A DNA stretch of 64,000 bases from an uncultured Bifidobacterium sp. (GTDB lineage Bacteria; Acidobacteriota; Vicinamibacteria; Vicinamibacterales; CAVVIG01). Shown here in pieces: positions 16,468 to 24,954 of the stretch (position 1 is the first letter of the stretch; every line of letters begins with the position of its first letter). The stretch is from assembly GCA_964577955.1 (NCBI GenBank), contig CAZOAZ010000001.1:116357-180356 (forward strand). Direction: 5' to 3'. Under the pieces are notes generated by a model, which had not been told where the DNA came from, searched no databases, and worked only from the letters and a program-made list of their open reading frames with translations. Position numbers and translations under genes: made by a program.

Positions 16468-17280
16468 ATGACGAAACATCTTCTCGCGCTCGCATCGGTT
16501 CTCTTGGTTGCCGCGCCGGCCCGCGCGCAGCTGGTCATGGCCAATCAGCTCGGCGTCACGATGGGCCACGTGCATCTCGTCGTCAAGAACGTCGAAACGC
16601 ACAAACGCTTTTGGATCGATGTGCTGGGCGGGACGCTGGTCAAGAACGGACCGCTGGAGCTGATTCAGTTCCCGGGCGTCTACATCATGCTGCGACAGGG
16701 CGAAGCGACCGGCACGCCCGCCGGCACGATCGTCAATCACTTCGGCTTCACCGTGAAGGACATGAAGGCGTCGCTCGAGAAGTGGAAGGCCGCGGGCGTG
16801 CAGATCGAGCCGACCGAGAACCCGAACGAAGTCTACGTCCACACCGAGGACGGCATCCGCGTCGAGGTCTACGGCGAGCCGGCGCTGCCGACGCCGGTCA
16901 GCATGAATCACATTCACTACGCCGCGAACGACATCCCCGGCATCAAGGCGTGGTACGTGAAGGTGTTCGGCGCCAACCCCGGCCGCCGGCCGTGCATTGC
17001 GTGCCTGGCGCGGCCGGCGATGATCGAGTCCGACGATCTGCCGGGTGTGAACCTGTCGTTTGGCGGCAGCCGTACGCCGACCGCGCCGACGAAAGGGCGG
17101 TCGCTCGATCACATCGGCTTCGAAGTCGCGAACCTCGAGGCGTTCGTCGCGGCGATTGAGGCCAAGGGAATCAAGCTGGATTCGCCGATCCGTCAGGTCC
17201 CGAACTCGAAGGTGAAGGTCGCATTCCTGACCGATCCCTACGGCACCTACATCGAGCTGACCGAAGGCCTCGCTCCGTAG
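16468..17280 (+). CDS. Secreted VOC-family protein (glyoxalase/bleomycin-resistance/dioxygenase fold), two VOC modules
   Basis: Signal peptide MTKHLLALASVLLVAAPARAQ. Motifs HVHLVVKNVE..., HFGFTVKDM..., MNHIHYAANDI..., LDHIGFEVANLEAF. Confidence 0.75.
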   Translation: MTKHLLALASVLLVAAPARAQLVMANQLGVTMGHVHLVVKNVETHKRFWIDVLGGTLVKNGPLELIQFPGVYIMLRQGEATGTPAGTIVNHFGFTVKDMKASLEKWKAAGVQIEPTENPNEVYVHTEDGIRVEVYGEPALPTPVSMNHIHYAANDIPGIKAWYVKVFGANPGRRPCIACLARPAMIESDDLPGVNLSFGGSRTPTAPTKGRSLDHIGFEVANLEAFVAAIEAKGIKLDSPIRQVPNSKVKVAFLTDPYGTYIELTEGLAP

Positions 17281-17295
17281 TAGCGAGGTGATCGT

Positions 17296-17317
17296 GGAAT
17301 CCGGCTTCAGCCGGATT
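17296..17317. repeat. REP-like family A copy, a perfect 22-bp palindrome
   Basis: gaatccggcttcagccggattc. Confidence 0.6.
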
Positions 17318-17390
17318 CATCCCCAGGCCGGGACGGCATGGCCAGTGATCGCGCCACTTGACAGCGCCTCGTCAACTGTCATAGTGTCCT

Positions 17391-17810
17391 ATGACAGCAG
17401 GCGCGATGCGATTTCAACTCAATTTCAAATCCGGCAAGCCGGTCTACCTCCAGCTCGTCGACCAGGTGCGGGCCGCTGCGGCGTCGGGCGCGATCAAAGC
17501 CGACGACCCGCTGCCGTCGATTCGCCTCGTCGCCGAGGAACTGCGCGTCAATCGCAACACCGTCGCCAAGGCCTACGCCGAACTCGAGAGCCAGCACGTC
17601 ATCGAGACGATTCCCGGCAAAGGCTGCTTTCTCCTCGACGCCGGGAGCCCCTTCAAGAAGGACGTGCGCGTCAAGCTGCTCGCCGACGAAATCGATCCGG
17701 CGGTCGTCCAGGCCCACCACCTCCAGGTCAGTAAAGCCGAGTTCCTCAAACTCGCGGCCGAGCGTTTCGATGCCTTCGAACGCCGCCGCGCTCACGCCAC
17801 GAGTGCATAG
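17391..17810 (+). CDS. GntR-family transcriptional regulator (short, YtrA-like)
   Basis: Winged-HTH motif LPSIRLVAEELRVNRNTVAKAYAELESQHVIETIPGKGCFL. It sits immediately upstream of ABC transporter genes. Confidence 0.8.
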   Translation: MTAGAMRFQLNFKSGKPVYLQLVDQVRAAAASGAIKADDPLPSIRLVAEELRVNRNTVAKAYAELESQHVIETIPGKGCFLLDAGSPFKKDVRVKLLADEIDPAVVQAHHLQVSKAEFLKLAAERFDAFERRRAHATSA

Positions 17811-17812
17811 CC

Positions 17813-18712
17813 ATGACTCCAGTCATCGACATTGAAAATCTGGTTCGCCGCTACGGGCGGACCGACGCGGTCAACGGTCTCAGTCTCCGCGTCCCGCCCG
17901 GACGTTGTTACGGCTTCTTCGGCAGAAACGGCGCCGGCAAGACAACGACGATCAAGTGCCTGCTGAATCTGCTCCGGCCGGCCAGCGGGCGGATCACCGT
18001 CTTTGGCGCGGATCCGGCGCGCGACGAAGTGGCGATCAAATCGCGGCTGTCCTACGTGCCCGATCAGGTCGCCTTCTATCCGTGGATGACGGTGCGCGCG
18101 ACGCTGGACTACTGCGCCTCGTTCCGCGAGCGCTGGAATCTGGAGACCGAACGCACGCTGCTGCAGCGCTTCGGCCTCGATCCGCGGCAGAAAGCGACCC
18201 ACCTCTCGAAAGGGCAGCGCACGCAGCTGGCGCTGGTCGCGGCGATTTGCCCAGAGCCGGATCTGCTGGTGCTCGACGAGCCGACCTCCGGACTGGATCC
18301 GATCGTCCGCCGCGAGTTCATCGAAACCGTGATCGGCACCTATCAGGAAGGCGACCCGGAAAACCGGACCGTCTTCGTTTCGACCCACCTCATCGCCGAG
18401 TTCGAAGGGCTCATCGACGAGTTCACCATCATCGAACGCGGGAGGAACGTGCTGACGATGGAGGCGGACGCGGCGCGGGCGCGGTATCAGAAGATTCACG
18501 CCAGATTCACCGTCGAGCCAGCCGGCCTGGATCTGTCGGGCGCCCGGGTGCTGCGTCGTGACGCGCGCGACCTCGAGCTCGTCGCCGATGGCTCTGGCGC
18601 CGACATGCTCGCGCGCCTTGCCGCTTTCTCGCCGGAGGTTCTCACCAGCGAGGCGCTGACGCTCGAGGAGATCGTCGTCAACACGCTGCGCCCGCTGGGG
18701 GCCGTCGCATGA
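17813..18712 (+). CDS. ABC transporter ATP-binding protein
   Basis: Walker A GRNGAGKTT, signature LSKGQRTQ, Walker B LLVLDEPTSGLD. Confidence 0.9.
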   Translation: MTPVIDIENLVRRYGRTDAVNGLSLRVPPGRCYGFFGRNGAGKTTTIKCLLNLLRPASGRITVFGADPARDEVAIKSRLSYVPDQVAFYPWMTVRATLDYCASFRERWNLETERTLLQRFGLDPRQKATHLSKGQRTQLALVAAICPEPDLLVLDEPTSGLDPIVRREFIETVIGTYQEGDPENRTVFVSTHLIAEFEGLIDEFTIIERGRNVLTMEADAARARYQKIHARFTVEPAGLDLSGARVLRRDARDLELVADGSGADMLARLAAFSPEVLTSEALTLEEIVVNTLRPLGAVA

Positions 18713-20151
18713 ACGCCGTGCTTCGACCGATCGAAAAGGAAGTGCGCGCGCTGATGGTGCCCTGGATGGCGGCGGCGGCGCTCTTTGGCGTGCCATTGTT
18801 GCTGGAGTGGCGCGTCAGACCTGTCTTCGGCATCGTCGTGTTCACGGCCAGCGCCATCGTCCTCGGCGCCATGTCGATCGGCCACGAACTGTCAGACCGG
18901 ACGCTCGGCTGGGCTCTCGCGCATCCGGTCAGCCGTTCACGACTGCTGGCGACGAAGGTTGGTGTCGCAGCGCTGATGTTGACGGCCCTGGCACTGATGG
19001 TGAATCTGCTCGACGGGATGGACTTGCGAATCAGTCGGGAATTTCCGAACGACTGGGTCCCTCTCGCGGTGACGTTGGGTATTGACGGTCTCCTGTTGGC
19101 GCTGTGGTTCACGCTCGTGACGCGCGATCCGCTCGCAGGCGTGGTGCTGGCGGGTGCGGCGCTGGCGCTGGTCTGGAGGCTGCCGGCGTTGCTTGTGATA
19201 CCTGGCGCTTTCGAGGTGTCGGTCCGAGTATGGGCGCTACGCGGACTTGCGGTTCTGGGTGCGTTGGCAGGGTGGTACACATTCACGCGTCTCGAGGTGA
19301 CCGATGGGAGTCGGTCATTGGACCTCACGGCGTGGTGGCCTGTTGCCAGAGGGCGAGCGTCCGCGTTCGAAACGCAGTCGTCAGTACAGCGTTCGCCGCT
19401 TTGGCAGCTCGCATGGAAGGAACTGCATCTGCAGCAATTGAGTCTGGCCGCAGCCGGAATCTACTTCGCGGTGTCCGGCATTGCGATCGTGGCGAATCGC
19501 GCCGGGCTGGGTCTGCCGGGATTCACGATCGTCAACTCGGTCTACGGCACACTGGCCAGTGTGATGTTCGGCTCGATGGCGATCGCCGAGGAACGTCGAT
19601 CCGGCGTCTGGGGGTGGCAGGCATCTCTTCCGATTCGAGCGTGGAAGCAATGGGCGCTCAAGCTGAACGTCGCGCTTGGCTCGAAGCTCTTGCTGGTGTC
19701 CGGACTGCAACTGCTGATCTTCTTGAGTGTGAGCCCGTACGAGTTCGGTTCTCTCGAGGAATACGAGGCGTTGGTCCACAGTCTCGCGTATTCCCTGGCG
19801 GTCGGCGTTGGCATGACCATCCTGGCGTTTTATGTGTCCTCGTTTTCATCGAGCGGCATCCGCGCCAGCCTGGTCACTCTGGTGACCATCGTGGTGATGC
19901 AGATCCTGATCCAGTCGACGCTGATGTTCATCAGCCGGTTCGGCTTCGGCGCCTCTCAGACGTTGGCGCTCACGCCGCCGATTCAGTTCGTGATCGCTGC
20001 CGGCGTGGCGGCCGTGATGTTGCGCCTCAGTTTCATCAACTACAAGTATTCGGACCCGGTTTCTGGTGTCCCGCGTCAGGCGATGGCGCTCGCCGCGAGC
20101 GTGATTGCCGTCGTGGCCCTGGCAACCATCGTGGTGGGAGTCATCGGATGA
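18709..20151 (+). CDS. ABC-2 type transporter permease (polytopic membrane protein)
   Basis: ATGA overlap with the ATPase stop. There are 10 or more hydrophobic segments. The N-terminus MNAVLRPIEKEVRAL is shared with the next gene. Confidence 0.7.
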   Translation: MNAVLRPIEKEVRALMVPWMAAAALFGVPLLLEWRVRPVFGIVVFTASAIVLGAMSIGHELSDRTLGWALAHPVSRSRLLATKVGVAALMLTALALMVNLLDGMDLRISREFPNDWVPLAVTLGIDGLLLALWFTLVTRDPLAGVVLAGAALALVWRLPALLVIPGAFEVSVRVWALRGLAVLGALAGWYTFTRLEVTDGSRSLDLTAWWPVARGRASAFETQSSVQRSPLWQLAWKELHLQQLSLAAAGIYFAVSGIAIVANRAGLGLPGFTIVNSVYGTLASVMFGSMAIAEERRSGVWGWQASLPIRAWKQWALKLNVALGSKLLLVSGLQLLIFLSVSPYEFGSLEEYEALVHSLAYSLAVGVGMTILAFYVSSFSSSGIRASLVTLVTIVVMQILIQSTLMFISRFGFGASQTLALTPPIQFVIAAGVAAVMLRLSFINYKYSDPVSGVPRQAMALAASVIAVVALATIVVGVIG

Positions 20152-21704
20152 CCGCGGCGCTCAGGCCGATTGAAAAGGAAGTCCGGGCGCTGCTCTTGCC
20201 GTGGCTCGCCGCCGCTGTGACGATCGGCGCGGCGCGCGCGGCCGCCAACGATCCCAATCGGTTCGTGCTCCTCGCCTACCTGGGCGGCGCGATCGTTCTT
20301 GGAGCGTGGTCGGTTGGTCATGAGTACTCCGGCCGGACGCTCTGGCTGTTGCTCTCTCAGCCGACCGCGCGTCCGCGCGTCCTTGTGACCAAGGTCGGCG
20401 TCATGGCGGTGATGCTGGCCGTCCTGGCCATCCTCGCCAGTCCGGTCTTGAGTCCGACAGACATTGCCTATAGCGGCGGCATCGCCAACGAACCGTCACT
20501 CCCGGCGCCCGTGGTTCCGGCCGTGGCGGGCCTGTTTCTGGCGCTGTGGGTGACGCTCCTGACCGGAAGTCCGATGGCCGGCACCGTGCTCACGACAGCC
20601 GTCATGGTCGCGATTTGGATCGCGCCGCAGGTCGCCTCGGCGTTTGCGTTCGGTCCGCCGTCGGAAGCGACCCAGGCGTTCGCATCGTTTGCCGCCATAA
20701 TTCGCGGGCGCGCGTTTGCCGTGCTCGCGATTATCGCCGCATGCGCAGGAGGCCTCTCGTTCCTACGGCTCGAAGCGATTGACGGCGGCGCTCGGCATGT
20801 CGATCTCTCCGCGTGGCCTCGGCAGGCCGCGACAGGTTCGGCGGTGCCCTCGAGACGGCGTGCCCCGCTCTGGCAACTCGTGCGGAAGGAACTGCATCTC
20901 CAGCAACTCACTTTTGTTGTGGCCGGCGCCTACACGCTGGTGTCCACCATCGCGTGGCAGGCGGGCCGCCTGAACCCGGGTTCGCCGCTCACGACTGTGG
21001 GACTGTTTACCACGCTCTACTGTCCACTGGTGGCGTTACTGATCGGCGCACTGGCAAGCGCGGAAGAGCGCCAGTACGGGACGCTCGAATGGCAGGTGCT
21101 GCTGCCGATCGCCGCGTGGAAGCAGTGGATGGTGAAACTCGGCACCGTGGTGATCCTGACAGGTCTCTGCGCACTCGCCTTGCCGATGGTGTTCGCGTTG
21201 CTCTATCCCGCCGGCAACGAACTGAGCTTCGCGTCCGCCTACCTGGCCGTCGTGCTCCAAGCGGCGCTCGTGGGTCTCTACGTCTCGTCCTTCTCGACGA
21301 GCGGGGTTCGGGCGCTGCTGGTCTCCATCCTTCTCATGTCAGCCGTCACGCTGCTCTGGATCGTGACGACGGTCGGCATCAGCAGATTCTTCGGCGGCGC
21401 GAACGACGGCATCGTGCGCTTTGCCCTGGAACAGGCTGCCGACCCGCAATTGCGTGCGCTGTGGTGGGGGAGGATGGCGCTGAGCACCATCGTCAGCATC
21501 GGCATTGTCGTGGCGATCTGCCGGCTGACGTTTCTCAATCATCGTTCGGCCGAGCGCGGATCGGGTCCGATTCCACGTCAGGCGTTCTGGCTCGCCGCCA
21601 GTGTGCTGGTCGCGGTTGCAGCCTTCAGCATCATGACCGGTGCCATCAACGTCCGGTCGCGCCAGATCTTTCTGGAGATGAGGACCTCGAAGCTGTCTCA
21701 TTAA
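20148..21704 (+). CDS. ABC-2 type transporter permease, a tandem paralogue of the preceding gene
   Basis: An internal start inside track ORF 19104..21704 (the part before it is Arg-rich and spurious). The ATG at 20148 overlaps the upstream stop as ATGA. It begins MTAALRPIEKEVRALLLPWLAAA. Confidence 0.7.
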   Translation: MTAALRPIEKEVRALLLPWLAAAVTIGAARAAANDPNRFVLLAYLGGAIVLGAWSVGHEYSGRTLWLLLSQPTARPRVLVTKVGVMAVMLAVLAILASPVLSPTDIAYSGGIANEPSLPAPVVPAVAGLFLALWVTLLTGSPMAGTVLTTAVMVAIWIAPQVASAFAFGPPSEATQAFASFAAIIRGRAFAVLAIIAACAGGLSFLRLEAIDGGARHVDLSAWPRQAATGSAVPSRRRAPLWQLVRKELHLQQLTFVVAGAYTLVSTIAWQAGRLNPGSPLTTVGLFTTLYCPLVALLIGALASAEERQYGTLEWQVLLPIAAWKQWMVKLGTVVILTGLCALALPMVFALLYPAGNELSFASAYLAVVLQAALVGLYVSSFSTSGVRALLVSILLMSAVTLLWIVTTVGISRFFGGANDGIVRFALEQAADPQLRALWWGRMALSTIVSIGIVVAICRLTFLNHRSAERGSGPIPRQAFWLAASVLVAVAAFSIMTGAINVRSRQIFLEMRTSKLSH

Positions 21705-21782
21705 TGCGGAAGCCGGCTGAACATCGGTAGGAACCGTCGTCCTCGACGGCGTGGACGAGGCTCCGCCGGAACTGGTACTCAC

Positions 21783-22283
21783 ATGACAACGATGAGGCGG
21801 CGCTTGATTCTTGTGGCAGTTGCCGTCCTGGCCGTAGTGGTCGTCGGTGGCAGGGTGCGTCAGCAGTTGGCGACCGAATCACGCGATCAGGCAGTGACGG
21901 CAAACGATCTCCGCATCCTGCAACAAGCGGACGCGCTTTTGAAAGACGCCTCGGTGTGGAATCGCCATGACGATCGCGTGTGTGACGACGACGAGGCCGG
22001 CGGCAAGCGGAGTTTGTTCTGTGCGTTGCAGAAGGCGGACCGGGAGATTCTCGGAGCGTACGAGCATCGGAGTGTCGCGCTGCAGGAGGTGCGGTTCGCG
22101 ATTCAGGACGCCACCCGCGATCGACAGATCGAGATGGTCATCCGCGCTTTACGGCAATTCAGTTTGCCGCATCGGCTCATGGACTTTAACAATCGTCCGG
22201 ACACACGGTTTGAAGATGTCAAGCAGGTACTGCGGATCGCGACCGAACGTGTCGGAGCACGACTAAACAGCTCGAAGCAGTAG
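21783..22283 (+). CDS. Hypothetical protein with an N-terminal membrane anchor
   Basis: MTTMRRRLILVAVAVLAVVVVGG..., with no recognised domain. Local GC is lower. Confidence 0.5.
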   Translation: MTTMRRRLILVAVAVLAVVVVGGRVRQQLATESRDQAVTANDLRILQQADALLKDASVWNRHDDRVCDDDEAGGKRSLFCALQKADREILGAYEHRSVALQEVRFAIQDATRDRQIEMVIRALRQFSLPHRLMDFNNRPDTRFEDVKQVLRIATERVGARLNSSKQ

Positions 22284-22320
22284 GCAATCGCCACCGTACT
22301 CGACGGCGCGTTGTGCCGAC

Positions 22321-22758
22321 GTGAGTGAGTCGAAGAGACCTTCCATGGACTTGCATATCAAGAAGGTGTGGGTGCCTGGTGCAGCATCCTGTCTGTTGTT
22401 TTTTGGATTCTATTGGGTGCTCATCTGGTTGCCTTTTGACAAGACCAGATTCCAGTTCCTGGCCATCCCATATCTGGTGCTGCCATTCGGCGGCGCCCTG
22501 GCCGCCTATTGGTCCCGCCGAATGAACGGTTCAGTCCTCGAGCGCATCGTGTCCGCACTGTTCCCTGTATTTGCGTTTGTCGCGCTAGTTACGGTGAGAA
22601 GTGTGTACGCATTGTTCTTTGAGGGCAAACCTTATACGCTGCCACATTTCCTGGCCGGCTTCTCCGTGACCCTCGTTTTCATTCTTGTAGGTGGCCTGTT
22701 GCTGGTACTAGGCGCATGGCCGTTCTGCCGCCCGCACCGCAGAGAACGGTTGTCCTGA
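22321..22758 (+). CDS. Small hypothetical integral membrane protein (4 TM)
   Basis: Hydrophobic segments LLFFGFYWVLIWL, AIPYLVLPFGGALAAYW, FPVFAFVALVTV, FSVTLVFILVGGLLLVLGA. Markedly lower GC (~50%). The start may be the ATG at 22345. Confidence 0.5.
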   Translation: MSESKRPSMDLHIKKVWVPGAASCLLFFGFYWVLIWLPFDKTRFQFLAIPYLVLPFGGALAAYWSRRMNGSVLERIVSALFPVFAFVALVTVRSVYALFFEGKPYTLPHFLAGFSVTLVFILVGGLLLVLGAWPFCRPHRRERLS

Positions 22759-22831
22759 AGACATCGGTAGGATCGAACTCCATGGGGTAGCTTCTCTTGT
22801 CGAAAAATCGCTGATCGCGACGAGAGATCTC

Positions 22832-24814
22832 TCAGGGCGCGATCGCGTCGATCGCGGCGGCCAGAAGCGGGTACAACCCCTGCTGCGCTTCACACGTCGT
22901 GATCCAGTCTCGACCCTGACCATTGCCGTCCGGTGCGCCTCGGCGGGCACATCCGTCGGTTCGCAAGAGAGCCAGCTGTAGCTGTTGCAGGGCGCGCACG
23001 GTATCGTCGCTCTGCAGCGCCGCCACGGCGTGGCTGAAGTACTGCATCAACGCATTCTGGTTGCCGCTGTTCGTCACGTCGCTTCCCGGTAGCACCGCGA
23101 CCGCGGTTGCCGCGGCCTGTACCTGGACTTCCGCGTAGGAAGCCGCGGCGATGACGGTCACCTCGGTGTCATCCGGCACGCCGGCACCCAACGCGTCGCT
23201 CACCGAGAGTCTCAGCACATACAAACCCGGAGCGTCTGGAATGAACGTTGTCGTCGGCGAGGATGGATCGAAGAGATCGCCGTTGCTGCCACGTGGACGG
23301 CTGACCACCGACCAGTCGTAGACGAGCGTGTCGCCGTCGGCATCGACGCCGGATCCGCTGATCGTGACGACGTGGCTCGTGACCGCGATCTGGTCGAGGC
23401 CAGCGTCCGCCGACGGCTGCGGGTTCTGTGCGATCGACAGCGAGACCGGCGCGCTGCGGAGTCCGTCTTGATCCGACACGACGAGGCTGATGACGTAGGT
23501 GCCGAGAATGTCCGGCGTGAAGAACGGCGTCGCCGTGCTGGCTCCCGAGAGCGTGGCGGCCGCGCCAGCGGGCGCTGATGCGAGCGACCAGCTGTACGTC
23601 AGAAGATTTGTCGCCGTGTTGTCGTCAAAGGAGCCCAGCCCGTTGAGAGTGACCTGCGTTCCTGGTCTGACGGTCTGGTAGGTACCGGGGACCGCAACCG
23701 GATAGGCGCTCGGGCGAAACAGCTCTACGTCGGCGAGCGCGGCGGCCTGCTGAAGCGCGAGACCGCCGGCAATCAGCACGCGGCCATCCGCCAGTGCCGA
23801 CGCCGTGTGCACGTACCGCGCCGAGATCAACGTCGATGCGGGCGAAAAGGTGTTGGCGCCAGGATCGAAGCGCTCTGCCAGCGACCGCGCGTCGCTGGCG
23901 CTGACGCCGCCGGCCCCGCTGGCCCCTCCCGTGATCAGCACGCTGCCGTCGGCCAACGTCGTGGCGACATGAAACGCTCGCGCCTCGGCCATCGCGTTCG
24001 CGGACAGCGTGAACGCGTCGGCTCCTGGCGCGAACGTTTCAGCAGTGGCGAGCCATCCGAGACCGCCACTCGACCCTCCGGCGATGAGTACTCGGCCATC
24101 GGGAAGCAGGCTGGCGGTGTGGCTCGTTCGTCCGCTGCTCATCTGATTTGGCAGCAACGTGAAGGCGTCCGTCGCGGGATCGAAGATCTCGGCGCTGTTC
24201 CGGGCGGCGCCGAGCGACACCCCTCCGGCGATCAGCACCCGGCCGTCGGCCAGCAGCGTTGACGTGTGCTCATAGCGTCCGGTCGCCATGTCGGCGATCG
24301 CGGATGAGACCTGGGATACCGGATCGTAGATCTCCGCGGACGCGAGGCCCGCGCCAGGTTGTCCGCTGTTCCAGCCGCCAGTAATCAGCACCCGTCCATC
24401 GAGCAGCCGCGTCGCGGCCGACTGTTTGCGTTCACGAGTCAGTGAGACGCTCGACGTGAACCGATTGAGGATCGGATCGTAAATCTCCGCGGTCGAAGAC
24501 TCCTGTCCGCCGGCAATGAGGACGGTGCCGTCGAGTAGCAGCGTCGCGGTTGCCTGATAGTGAGAGCCGCTCGGAGGGGGATCGACACGCGTGAAGGTGC
24601 CGCTGGACGGGTCGTAGATCTCGGCGCTCGGTGCCAGCCCCGCGCTGCCGAATCCGCCGACGATGAGCACCTTGCCGTTGGCGAGCACCGTCGCGGTGTG
24701 CGCCTGGCGGTCGGTCGTCATCTGGCCGGCCGCTTTGAACTCGGCGCCGGCAGCGAAGGCATGAGCGGACACAACCACGCACAACGCCACCACTCCCACA
24801 ACGACGCGATTCAT
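22832..24814 (-). CDS. Secreted Kelch-repeat beta-propeller protein with C-terminal PKD/Ig-like domains
   Basis: Signal peptide MNRVVVGVVALCVVVSAHA. Seven or more copies of ...LLxDGRVLIAGG...AEIYDP... Kelch motifs. Then YSWSL...TYVISLVVSDQDG (PKD-like) modules. Confidence 0.8.
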   Translation of the reverse strand: MNRVVVGVVALCVVVSAHAFAAGAEFKAAGQMTTDRQAHTATVLANGKVLIVGGFGSAGLAPSAEIYDPSSGTFTRVDPPPSGSHYQATATLLLDGTVLIAGGQESSTAEIYDPILNRFTSSVSLTRERKQSAATRLLDGRVLITGGWNSGQPGAGLASAEIYDPVSQVSSAIADMATGRYEHTSTLLADGRVLIAGGVSLGAARNSAEIFDPATDAFTLLPNQMSSGRTSHTASLLPDGRVLIAGGSSGGLGWLATAETFAPGADAFTLSANAMAEARAFHVATTLADGSVLITGGASGAGGVSASDARSLAERFDPGANTFSPASTLISARYVHTASALADGRVLIAGGLALQQAAALADVELFRPSAYPVAVPGTYQTVRPGTQVTLNGLGSFDDNTATNLLTYSWSLASAPAGAAATLSGASTATPFFTPDILGTYVISLVVSDQDGLRSAPVSLSIAQNPQPSADAGLDQIAVTSHVVTISGSGVDADGDTLVYDWSVVSRPRGSNGDLFDPSSPTTTFIPDAPGLYVLRLSVSDALGAGVPDDTEVTVIAAASYAEVQVQAAATAVAVLPGSDVTNSGNQNALMQYFSHAVAALQSDDTVRALQQLQLALLRTDGCARRGAPDGNGQGRDWITTCEAQQGLYPLLAAAIDAIAP

Positions 24815-24894
24815 GCGGTGACACTATAAGACTGATTGTGCCGTTTCCGACGCGCGCGCCGGGCCGTACGCGTTGATGTAGTCCGTCGTCCTAC

Positions 24895-24950
24895 TAGCCC
24901 CTAGCCCCAGCCCCTAGCCCCCAGCCCCCAGCCCCCAGCCTCTAACCTCT
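24895..24950. repeat. Heptamer microsatellite (YAGCCCC)x6 followed by TCTAACCTCTGATC, in the intergenic/promoter region of the Kelch gene
   Basis: tagcccctagccccagcccctagcccccagcccccagcccccagcctctaacctctgatc. Confidence 0.6.
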
Positions 24951-24954
24951 GATC

